This document shows positions 43,898 to 54,947 of a DNA stretch of 64,000 bases, in pieces (within the stretch, counting starts at the first letter, position 1; each line of letters starts with the position of its first letter). A program made the position numbers and the translations under genes. The notes under the pieces were generated by a model. It was not told the origin of the DNA, ran no database searches, and saw only the letters and a list, made by a program, of their open reading frames with translations. This DNA is from Lepidodermella squamata (taxonomy: Eukaryota; Animalia; Gastrotricha): assembly GCA_047495785.1 (NCBI GenBank), contig JBLDXI010000034.1, positions 1,302,001 to 1,366,000 on the forward strand, read 5' to 3'.

Positions 43898-45303
43898 CTA
43901 ACATTGGAGCTTTTGAATTTCGCCAATGCTGACGGGTTCGACAGCCTCGAGCTTCTGGCCCTTGCGATCAACGCAGTGGCAAACAGAGCCGATGCATTGA
44001 ATGGGGTTGTAGTTGCCGAGATTGTCGCAGGAGAAGAGGAGGCCGACCATGCCAGTCTTCCTGAAATCAGCCTGAGCACGGGCGCATTCGCAGTCCATCT
44101 TCGAGGCGAATCCAACGTTAGCAGAGTGGCCGGTGGGGATGCCCTGGCTGTCAACGCACTGGCAGACGGCTTCGCGGCACTGGCGAGGGTGGTACGAACC
44201 ATCTTCGAGGCACTGAGGCTTGTGGCGACCGCCCATGCGGATGGTTGAGCTCTGTTGGATGAGTTCGACTTCACGAGCGCAAGCACCCTGTTCGACGGCT
44301 TGACGCTTGTCAGCAGCGCAGCTCAGGGTCGAGATCATGTGGATCGGGACGGCTTCGATGGCTTCGAGACGCTGACCGACCTGGTCGACGCAGTGGCAAA
44401 CAGAGCCGATGCACTGGACGGGGTTGTAGTTCCCGAGGGCGTCGCACGAGTAGGTGAGACCAACGAGGCCAACCATGCCCTTGCGCTGGTAGTCGGCTTG
44501 TTTGCGAGCGCATTCTAAAACAGAAAATTGTGATCATTGAATTCGACAATAAGGCATTTTTTTAATTTGTAGAAGGCATTGATTTAGTAGTTGAGACTCT
44601 GAGAGTAACTAGAAGTAGTAACTTGAAGCTTACCGCAGTTCATATCAGCAGCCTGGGAAATGTGAGCCGAGACTTCAGTCGGGCGGCCCTTAGAGTCGAC
44701 ACAGGTGCAGACAGAGCCGAAGCACTGGCGGGGGTGGTACGAGCCATCTTCACGGCAGACTGGTTTCTTCTGGCCAAGACGAACCGGGCCCTGTTCGAGG
44801 AGCTCGAGCTCACGGGCGCAGGCACCTTGTTCAACAGCCTGGCGCTTCTCCTCACGCTGGGCGCAGGGGAGAGTGGAAATCTGGCTGATGTGAACTTCTT
44901 CAACAGCCTCGAGCTTCTTGCCCTTGGTGTCGACGCAGCGGCAAACTGAGCCGGTGCACTGGACGGCGTTGTAGTTGCCGAGCTCGTCACAGTCGAACAT
45001 AAGACCGACCATGCCGGTCTTCAGGAACTCAGCCTGGTCGCGGGCACACTGGCAAGTCATTTTGTAGGCGGAGCCAACGTTAGCGGAGTGGCCGGTGGGC
45101 TTGCCCTGGGTATCGACGCACTGGCAGACGGCTTCACGGCACTGGCGGGGGTTGTACGAGCCATCTTCAAGGCACTGAGGCTTGTGGAGACCGGGGCGGG
45201 CGATCATGGAGGTGAGGCCCTTGAGCTCACGGTGGCAAGGTCCCATTTCAGCAGAGGCAACACCGCAAAACGCGGCGACGGCCAAACATACGATGAATTT
45301 CAT
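43898..45303 (-). CDS. Secreted thyroglobulin type-1 repeat protein (thyropin-like), six domains; intron approx. 44515-44633
   Basis: Signal peptide MKFIVCLAVAAFCGVASA and six C...C...G.Y...QC....C.CVD..G units. Confidence 0.9.
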
Positions 45304-45919
45304 TCTAAGGTTATTGAAACTTGATCAATTGTGAAGATTTAGGGGTTCCCCTAGCCTATTTATACTGCTGGGTGCAGTCTGCGAAAACAACTGTCGGCAT
45401 GTCGGAGCTTCCCACGCCGTGAGCATTTTTTTACCAGCTTCGTAATCGGTCTCGTGATTTTTGAGGGGGTAAGAAAAAACAAAAATAATAGAGCCTTATC
45501 GCATGGAAACACTACGTCTCACTGGGTGGGAAAGTTACGCCCAGGGTTTTAGAACTGGTTTCATGCTGAAGGAATCCGTTTTGCAATGTCTGGTTTGTTA
45601 TCTAACGCACGTGGATGAAATTCGTCGCATTCAAGAACAAAACAGTGTCCCATGACGTCACACAGCGTCTGAAAGGAGGCAAATCATGGTGTGACTATTG
45701 CTATCTAAATGTAAATAAACAATAAAAAACTTGCACCTATGGAAGAAGTTCGCTCAAAATTCGGCGAGGGCAAAATGGACAGAAAACACACTTCTCGAAT
45801 TTCAAAACAGAAAACGTGACTTTATTAAATAATTTCGAGCGGCTGTTGTGTAAAAATAATTCTACCAGAAAAAGCAAACGGAAACAACAAAATATTCACC
45901 GGGAAAGGTTCATTCCCAC

Positions 45920-47701
45920 TTAGGCCTTTCTCGGATCACTTCCTTGAGAGTTGACATTGGATTTGCCGTAACTTTTCAGGTATTCAACAACCTGAGTCCT
46001 TCCGAATCTCTCAGCATCATCGAGCGGCGAAAATCCCCAGCGATCTCGAGGCGATGGATTGCAGTGGCACTTCTCAAGGATGAACTTCACAACATCCAAA
46101 TGCCCCTCAGCGGCTCCCAAATGCAAGGCAGTTCTTCCATCATAATCTGACATTGAAATATCAAGTCCTTGAAGGTAGAACCTCCTCAGGGCCGAAACGT
46201 CGCCATTTGCAGCACTAAATAAGAGAGCTACGACTTGATTCGACTGCGATTGAATTTCGCGCCGCCTGGGGTCGTATTTCTGCGAGCCAGAGTACCTCAC
46301 ATTATCGTAGTTGTGAAAATTGAAAACTCGGACTAGATCTTCACAAAATTGGATGCCTCGAACCGAGTTGCCTAATTCGTCCAAAGGCGGGGACCAGGTG
46401 CAGATACCCATTACATTAGGGACTACTAACATGATACATCCGGACACCCCAGATTTCGCAGGTAGACCAACTTTAAAGGCAAATTTCCCTGAGTAATCGT
46501 ACATTCCACAGGAATGCATTAGGGACAACGTGTTTCGCACAGCTTCACCAGCCAACACTCGCTCACCAGTTAGAGGGCAAATACCGCCATTTGCCAGTGT
46601 TGAGGCGATTACGGCGCAGGATTCTGCCGTCACGTCAACCGAGCAGAATTGGAAGTAAAGATCTAATGTATCAGCCAGCTTAGCATTTTCTGGGAAAACC
46701 TTATTCTCCTGCATGTAGTAGGCCAAGGCGAAATTCCTATCCGCTGTTTCTCGCTCTGATAGGAACGTAGAATTGCTGAAGCCGACGTACTCACCCCCAG
46801 CCAGTCGCCTATATTCGTTGAATACGTAGTCAAATCGATCTGACATAGACCATTCAGTTTTCAGGAGGGAGCAAATAGCGATAGCTCCTGCATTAATCAT
46901 TGGATTATGAGGCTTTTTGTGGTAATCAAGGCTCAGTTCATTGAAGGACCGCCCACTCGGCTCCTGGCCAACGTGAGAATGAACCTCCTCTGGAGTCAAA
47001 TCATTCAAAGCAATCGCGTAATTCAAAGGTTTGCTCGCAGATTGGAGGCAAAACGGCACTTTTGTGTCTCCGATTGAGTATCGCTGACCGTCGACGGTGC
47101 AAACTGAGATAGCCCAGTAGTTAGGGTCGAACCGGGCTAGCTGAGGGATGTAACTAGCCACTTTACCACCAATATTGCTTCGACAGCTTTCGAAGAGATT
47201 GTCGATTGAACGGCAGAATTTGTTAAATTCAGGAATAACGAATTCGCCCTCCAAGGCTTGGCAAATCAATTCACAATTTTCCTGTAACAATAAACCAAAA
47301 CTTACATCGTAGCTCAAACGTGATAAATTGTAAATACCTGAATGCAGTCGATGAATTGATCACGGGATAGCTGTAAATCTTCGCTAATGCCACCCTCGTC
47401 ACTTTCTTCAGAAGAATGTCCAGCACAAACTTTTAGTTTCTTGAAGAATTGTTTCAGTCGAGGATCTGATCGTCGTAGCCCGGTGTGAGTTAGCAGCTGG
47501 ACAAATCTTGCCATCGAAACCATATGAGTGGTCTCATTCTTCAACAGCTCATACAGCAACTCCAACTTGCGAGAATCCGTCGCTGAGTTAAGCTCCGCGG
47601 AACTAAAGAAATAAGCCGAAGTTCAGCAATAAATTTGCCAAATTTGTGCTATCAACTCACATTTTAGTTATCGTTGCATTCAAGTCTTTGCTTCCAGACA
47701 T
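45920..47701 (-). CDS. GLS: Glutaminase with C-terminal ankyrin repeats (3 exons)
   Basis: GKVASYIPQLA, catalytic QSASK, EPSG, NPMINAGAI, CGMYDYSG, PAKSGVSG and ankyrin DYDGRTALH. Confidence 0.95.
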
Positions 47702-49218
47702 TTTCAACAATATTTTTGGACAAAAATTGTTAGCAAATCAGGTTGCCTGATATTCCACACAAGGACCAACCGCCAATTCACGCAATGCTTTGTGTAATCA
47801 AATAATGCGTTCAAAATAAATCGAAAACTAATCTCAGCGGAACTCTATTGCCAGCCTGCGGATTGTAAAAAACACGGTCAGTCAAAATGGTTCACAGCGT
47901 GCGTGTGCGACGGAAACTGCGAGGCTATAAAAGAGTTATAGCGCTTGTATTAATACAATCGATTTTATTGGTCGCTGATGCATATGCAATAAATACTGCC
48001 GGATATATCCTGCATTTGCATGCTACATCTATGAATAATGCGTAGTTTGTTTTATTCCGAAAGTGTCCGCTTTTGATCGATAACATAAACGAATGAATGA
48101 ATGAAAGCAATGATTAGAAATGGCGTTGCTCTTCACTCCTCTTGATTTCGCCGCTTTTTGTGCCCTGTCGAGAGATTTCGAGCGAAGCTAATGGGCTTGC
48201 TGTGACGCTATATTGCGACAATGGGTCAATATTTGGCAAGAATTACTTCCCGTTTCGGCGGTTTTGCCCGCATCAAAAGGGTTCGATGTGGAATGGGTGG
48301 GAAACTGCAATAATCTAGGGGTGATCATTGCGAAAGCTGAGCGAATAGCGAAAATGAAGTTGAATGACAATGCGAAGAGAAATCAGGCAGGAAAAACTGC
48401 GGCCAACATGTCGATTTTGGCACACATCCGGACACAGCAAGTGAAATGTAGCTTTCATCGCTCAATTTCTTGAATCCTATTATAATATGTTAATTTCCAT
48501 GCTTTCACTAAGAGTATTGCTATTATTACTCTTTTAATCGATAAATCTCATTTTTGAGCTAATTTTGCGCTATAGCTGGCCTTTTGCCTATTTAAATATC
48601 AAGAATCGATTTCGCCCGAGAAAATGTTGCCACTATATAAAACTAGAACCTCAATTTTCAACTCAAATCTTCGTACCGGCCCCAAGACTTCAGCCCAATC
48701 CAATGAGTCACCTATCCGCTAAGAATTTATTTAGCTCCGCGATTATCAGAACAATAAAGCAATAATATTCGCGCTGTTGTCGCTCATCTGTCATCGCCGT
48801 GCGGACCGCGCTCATTTGCCATTCCGGTGACACAAAACCGCGATCGCGCACGCACTGACCCGCAAAGCATTGTTTGCAGTGCGCGGCTGCATCGCAGTAC
48901 CACCACACCTATATATTCGCCCGAGCTCGCAGTTGCCTCGGGTAAAGGGTAAACAATTCGCATTCATTCACACAATTACATCAGCGCATTACTATATGCA
49001 ATAATGGCCAGGTACATGTGCGCAAATATTAGTGGCTCTTGCTGCCCGTCTTATATAAGAAAAGCTAAGTATTCTGACGTTGACTTGTGGTTTCTGATTG
49101 CATTCTTAAGCTTTCGGAATTCTGCACACTCCTCATGGATTTTGTGATGAATTGCCGCACAAACGATTACTCTTCTTATCATTTCTGACATTTCTTGTTC
49201 ATTAGGATACTTGGTTTT

Positions 49219-50482
49219 ATGATTGTAAAGCGATCCGCACTGCAATGCACTTTATTCATCTCGATTCTACTCAATTTCGTCGTGATTTACATATACTTCT
49301 ACCCAGCTCGGAGGTTCAAACGCTTCATCCGCGAGAACTCTTCGTCCACAGATTTCACCGAAATCAACTGGCTGAATCAATTAGTTGACAACAGCCCGTC
49401 CGACTCTTTGCGAATTTTCACCTCAGATCGGCAGGATTTTGTTCTGGATCAGGAGCATAAATGCGACCTGGCCCGTGGATACCGCATAGTCATAACCTAT
49501 GGCTCACACGGCCCTTATCTAAAACAAGCCGAGGATCACTGCCAAGTGGCCGTGTCAATCAGAGGCATTGACGCTTGTATAGTTGTTAGGCCATCTTTTC
49601 TAGACGTTAAGTTTCGAGACCAGAATTGGGACAGTATTCTGTCGCGCAAACGCGGAGCCGGTTACTGGTTGTGGAAACCCTACATTGTCTTTCGATTTAT
49701 ACAGCAAATGAACGCTGAGGATGTGCTGCTCTACCTTGATGCGGATAAATTTTTGATAAATAACCTGGAAGAATACGTCTGCTTACAGGTATTTTTCAGA
49801 CATTTTTTATTTGATTTTTCAATTCAAAATTAATAAACGGAAATTGAGGTTATAGCAATTAATTTGAGCAATAATTGTTCTCTTCATGATTCATGATCGC
49901 ATCAATTTCAAAAATTTGAAAAATCGATAGGTCAAAAAAGTTACCATGGACTATTTTAAAAAATTTCTTAATTTCCCAAATTAGGCTGAGTTGAAGCAGG
50001 ACGTAGTTGTCTTCTACCAAGCTTTCAACGACAATGTATGGACAAAAGCTGATACCTATCACCTAATGAACATCGACCACAAAAACGTGCAATTTTTCAA
50101 CGAAACCATGCAAATCTACGGTGGCTATTTAATGCTCAGAAAATCTATACATTCCATCCGATTTGTAAGCGAATGGTTGACCTATGCTCAAGACCCTCGA
50201 ATTGTGACCGACGAACCGAGTCGTCTAGGCAGTGAAATTTCGAATTTCGTGGAACACCGCCACGACCAGTCGATTTTAAGCTTATTGGCTAAAAAGTGGA
50301 ATTTATCAACGTGGCCGAGCCCGGAATGGTGGGATTTCACGTGGTCGCAACAGGGTCGAAATCAAGACCGTGACGGGCGGCCTGTTAACAGTCACAATCC
50401 GTTGAACATTGCAAAAATTCGTGAAAAAGGATTCACAATACCTTCCAGAACTGTCATTCGGCTAGGAGAAGAAATTGTTTAA
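49219..50482 (+). CDS. Type II membrane putative GT-A glycosyltransferase (intron approx. 49789-49985)
   Basis: N-terminal TM anchor, RGAGYWLWKPYI, LYLDAD (DxD) and EHRHDQSILSLL. Confidence 0.65.
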
Positions 50483-50524
50483 CAACAAATTATTTTATTA
50501 TATCACATTATTTCGCAAATAAAT

Positions 50525-51999
50525 TTATTGATTTGGCTGATTTGACGGTTCTTGTTCGCTGGATGTTGGCTGATTATTGTTGAGATCGCGGCCACGGAAT
50601 ATCCATGGCGATTCTTCGGGTTTCAAATTTCGAATCATATCAACGATTTTACGCTGAAAATAGGATCGAGGTTCGCGTGGCTGATAATTTTCTAAAAAAG
50701 AATAAATAAATATATGAGTTGTTCGAAATTTCAAATTGATTTAAATTTTTTTTGAAAATAATGTTTTCTGTGAATTTTATGTGAAGACGATTTTTCTTAC
50801 GTTTTTCGGCGATTTCATAGCCATTTTTGAGCAATTCACTCTCAGTCATCTCCATCTCATCAGCCGCCATCTTGTAGCTGGTCCTACCGAATGGTCTCAT
50901 CCCGTAGAGCAGAACTTGAATTTCCAAAATAATTAAAAAAAATGAAGAGTTTTTTACTCTTACACTTACACACTTACATTCGATGAGTTGCATCTCGAGA
51001 TGATCCAAATGATGAAAAACAACGGCAGTATCGCTGATCCCATCAATACCCGGCGTGAATAGGTCGAAATCAGGTGGGTAGAAACTGATGGCCGTATCGA
51101 CGGTTCCGTTCAGGTACTCGACGGGTTTTAGCGGGAAAAAACGCTGCCGGCCTTCAGCGTCGCGAGAATCGCCAACTTTTACCCCGAGTTTTTCCATACA
51201 ATGACTCATTGAAATGTCCTCGCTATAATGAATGCCTCGGACGCATTCTGGGACATTGTTCCCACGTTCTCCAAATCTGTTCAAAATTACAAATAATTAT
51301 TCACTGAAAATGTAATTATTTAATAAAATCCATGATCACGAATATTACGTATTTTTTAATTAAATGTTTACCTCTTGAGAGCAGATCGGGAGATCGCGTA
51401 TCCAGATCCAGAGAGGAAATGGTAACGATGCCGGCCGACCATTAGCGGTTCATTAGGTGAATATTGGCTAAGGACCAGCTTCAAATTTTCCATCACAACA
51501 TAACTGTCGTCATCAACTTTGAAAAACCAGTCGTAATTATCAACGTTCTCCTCATAAACCCTCCTGAAATTTAAAAATTAATCAAATTAATTTTCTTGTA
51601 ATTTTGCCGTTCATATACTGACCTGAAAGCGTTGCGCGTTTTGTACCATAAAGCTCGATAGTCTGAATTACTCGTGACCTTTGTCGCGCCCAAAACTGGG
51701 TCATGCTCGTCACTTGCAATGAAAAGGCCGTCGCATCTTTTGCCCCATAATAATTTGGCTAATTTAGCTCGGCTTTCGTGAAATTTCCGCGTCGTCAGCA
51801 TCACGCACATTATTCTAACCGATCGCGACAGCAATTCGCCCGCTGATACCAAATTCGGAGCAGATATGGGTTCGGGTGCAGGCATTGGTTCATTCTCAAG
51901 CCGGGAAATCGAAATAAGGACAAGTAGTAAACAGGCGGAGAAGCCGAAAATAAATGGCCCAATGGCCTGAAAAATCGAAGATTTTCTCACGTAAATCAT
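50525..51999 (-). CDS. Core 1 beta-1,3-galactosyltransferase-like (GT31, C1GALT1 family)
   Basis: TM anchor, WGKRCD, LWYKT..AF, DWFFKVDDDSYVVMENL, SGSGYAISR, ED..M..C, DSRD..GRQRFFP and VFHH. The 3' exon structure is uncertain. Confidence 0.85.
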
Positions 52000-52795
52000 T
52001 TTTGTGGAATAAATAAAATGAAAAATCATTTAGAGTAGTTAGAAAACGTAAATTTAGTCGTGTGCCTCACAGACACGCGCACGAATAATCAATCATCCAG
52101 TAAAAATAAGAAATTATCGATATTTTTCGAGTGGTTTGTTCGTTTGTGAGCCTGCTCAAATAAGAAGCAGGAAACTTATTAGCAAAGATCACAAGAGTCA
52201 TTTTTACTGTCTTGGCCCGGATTGGCTATCATTCAATATCCTGTGCCTCCTAAACATCGATGCATTTCAAAATGCATATCTGGCTAAAAGTATTTTGAAA
52301 ATAAATTTCAGCTCGTTTGGCCAAAAATGCCAACAAGGTATTGGATTATGGATGATATTTCCCCATTTTCTGCCCCTATTCCTATTTGCACAACATTATT
52401 TGGTATTATATCCTTTTTTACACAATATTGTGGTACTTTGCTATTTTACATAACTGACCTTAACTCCAACCCCAACCATAACCCTGACCGCAACCCTAAC
52501 CTGGAAGAAGGTATCGCCTGGTATCAATAATTTCACCAGTTGCGCGGCAGCTTCAACCTTTTAAAGTTTCGAACTCATACGAAAAAATATCGACAAATTA
52601 ACAAAACATAGTTTACAGCTTTATTCGTGATAACTTATTATTAGAACTTGAAACTTGACAGGAAAAAACGAAAAATTGAGAAAAAGAATGCTCTGAATAG
52701 CTTCTAGCACTTTCAGAATGTAAGTGTTGGCAACGTCACAGTCCATAATATAATCCAATCTTGCAAGCAATAGGTCAAATTGAAAGCTCATAATA

Positions 52796-54652
52796 TCAAG
52801 CAATGTCGGCTGCAGGTGGCCTGTTGCCGAATTCACAGAGATTAACCTTTAACTGGTCAATTCGTTGCGCCAATGTCTCCTTCACGTGGGCATCCACGCC
52901 CGGATTTGAAATGGAAATAGACGAGACAGCTCGTTTGAGTTCAAGCTCAGTCATGTCGAAAAAGTCGGCGGGAATGCTAACGATAGCCATCTCATCCCAC
53001 CTGATAGGCTCATCACAACCATATCCTTTTTCGATCAAGTCCAACTTTACGTCGAAAGTTTTGAGGGCCGCACATGCACGTCTGAGCTGTTGCTGGCGCT
53101 GGCCAATGGGCTTCAGGGCTGACATCCAATTACTGAAACCGCTCAAAGCATCGATGCTATCAGATTTACCGTCCAATAAACTAACAAATTCACATAAAAA
53201 GAGCAGACTTTCGTTAGTTAGTGGAAGTGAAAACATTTTATCAATCAAATATCCGAACAAATACGAGGTGGGACGGTTGTCACTCAGAATTAACCCTGCC
53301 CTAACAGCGATGAGCTCGGCCAAAATGTAAATCCAGATTTCGTGGAGATCGTGTGCCATGACAACTTCGATTACTTGTCGCCTTAATTCTTCGACGTCGT
53401 ACTTGTCCGCATCATCCAGCAGAAATTTGAAAATTTCTTTATAACTTTCAACTTTGATACTTTCGAGCTGCCGCCTGCGGAACTCCAGCTTCTTCGTCTG
53501 AACATGTGTAACGACTGGAGGCTCAGTTCTTCGAATAAAGAAAGATCTGCCGTCGCTATTCCAGCGGGAAATTAATCGCACTGAATCGCCTCTTGGAACG
53601 GCGCCACAATTCGTCGAATTGTTGCAACCTTGAACCTGAGTCCATATCAACCCACAGTGAGGGCACTTTCGAAAGGGATGCTCTTTATCAAGACTGTCCG
53701 TCAAATAGCTCCTGAATTGCTGGCAATGGGCGAAGTAACCATTAATGATGGCGTTAAGTTCCTCTCGAACCTTCTCGTACCAGAAGTAATCATCGAAATG
53801 ATTGGCGTCCAGCCCGTTTTCATCCACAAACCGTTGGACAAGTTCATCACAATAGCTTCGTATTTCCTTCAGCATTGAAAACATAAAATCCTGCCTGTCG
53901 AAAATGTCCTCAATTGACTGCAACTTCTCCATCACGCAGCTGACGAAAACGTTCGCTTTTTCATTCATTTCCTGGGCCGATCTCAAAATTCCCCGTTCAC
54001 TTTTCTTCAAGTCGAAGTAGCGAGAAAGATTGTCGACGGAAATGTTGATCTCCTTTGCACCAGGCAGGTCGTCTCGGCCGATAAATTCGCCTATGACCTG
54101 CTCGTAATTTGTATTCAATTTGGAAACAAACACGACGCTTTTGATATTGAAGCGATGCAGCATCGTAGACCGAATCTTTCCTTCAAGATCGGCTGAGCTC
54201 GTCCGCAAATTGTCGGCGTGATCCCAATGTGTCACCATGATGGTCATGTTATCTTCCAGGTCTTCTGCCATAGGATCGACTACGGTCTCGACGTCTCGAA
54301 CCATTCTATCGATTCGGTTGTCAAACTTGCAAATAATGAAGATTCGCGTCACAAGCCGGTAGCATAGCGCTTTAGCAATGTGTATGGCGTGTTCGACCCT
54401 TTTGTCCATAGGCTCGTAACCAGGCGTGTCGGCGAAGTCGAACAGCGGCATTCCATAAACAGTGGTTTCAGTTGTAACGCTCACGGCACAATCGCGAGTC
54501 TCATTCGCCTCCAATTCACGGCCAATCAATCCCTCGGCAATCGTTGTCTTCCCGCTACCTGTCGCTCCGATGAGAACAACGTACTGCAAGGCTGCAACGA
54601 CAGAGGGTTTACAAATTATCGACTGAGAAATGAGAAAGCGTTCTATCCCCAT
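52796..54652 (-). CDS. P-loop GTPase (AIG1/GIMAP-like G domain) with helical and Cys-rich C-terminal domains; possibly the last exon of the upstream kinase
   Basis: G1 GATGSGKT, G2 SVT, G3 DTPG, G4 THWD, and later FRKCPHCGLIW....GC.....CG. Confidence 0.75.
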   Translation of the reverse strand: MGIERFLISQSIICKPSVVAALQYVVLIGATGSGKTTIAEGLIGRELEANETRDCAVSVTTETTVYGMPLFDFADTPGYEPMDKRVEHAIHIAKALCYRLVTRIFIICKFDNRIDRMVRDVETVVDPMAEDLEDNMTIMVTHWDHADNLRTSSADLEGKIRSTMLHRFNIKSVVFVSKLNTNYEQVIGEFIGRDDLPGAKEINISVDNLSRYFDLKKSERGILRSAQEMNEKANVFVSCVMEKLQSIEDIFDRQDFMFSMLKEIRSYCDELVQRFVDENGLDANHFDDYFWYEKVREELNAIINGYFAHCQQFRSYLTDSLDKEHPFRKCPHCGLIWTQVQGCNNSTNCGAVPRGDSVRLISRWNSDGRSFFIRRTEPPVVTHVQTKKLEFRRRQLESIKVESYKEIFKFLLDDADKYDVEELRRQVIEVVMAHDLHEIWIYILAELIAVRAGLILSDNRPTSYLFGYLIDKMFSLPLTNESLLFLCEFVSLLDGKSDSIDALSGFSNWMSALKPIGQRQQQLRRACAALKTFDVKLDLIEKGYGCDEPIRWDEMAIVSIPADFFDMTELELKRAVSSISISNPGVDAHVKETLAQRIDQLKVNLCEFGNRPPAADIA

Positions 54653-54947
54653 TTCACATGCATTTCCCGCGACACTCCATAATAATTGAGATTTTTAGAT
54701 AGGTTTCGTTGTTATATTCGAGGAAGCATCAAAATTTCGAATATGTCAACTTCGTTTAATTGACAATGCCGCCCGCAGTTAGTCAGCCTACGCTTTGCAC
54801 CCAAGACCGAAGTCAGGTTTGAAAAAGTGACAAGCTGACCAATCAGTGCACGGCGGTTTCGAAGGTTCCAAGCTCAATAACGGGAAGAAAAAATGGGGCA
54901 ATGGAACTTTCCTCCTTGTATCAAAGAAATTCAAGATATTATTATAC

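Noticed and set aside
52452-52502. Telomere-like (AACCCT)n tract
   Set aside because: Only a few degenerate units, with no sign of a chromosome end or fusion.
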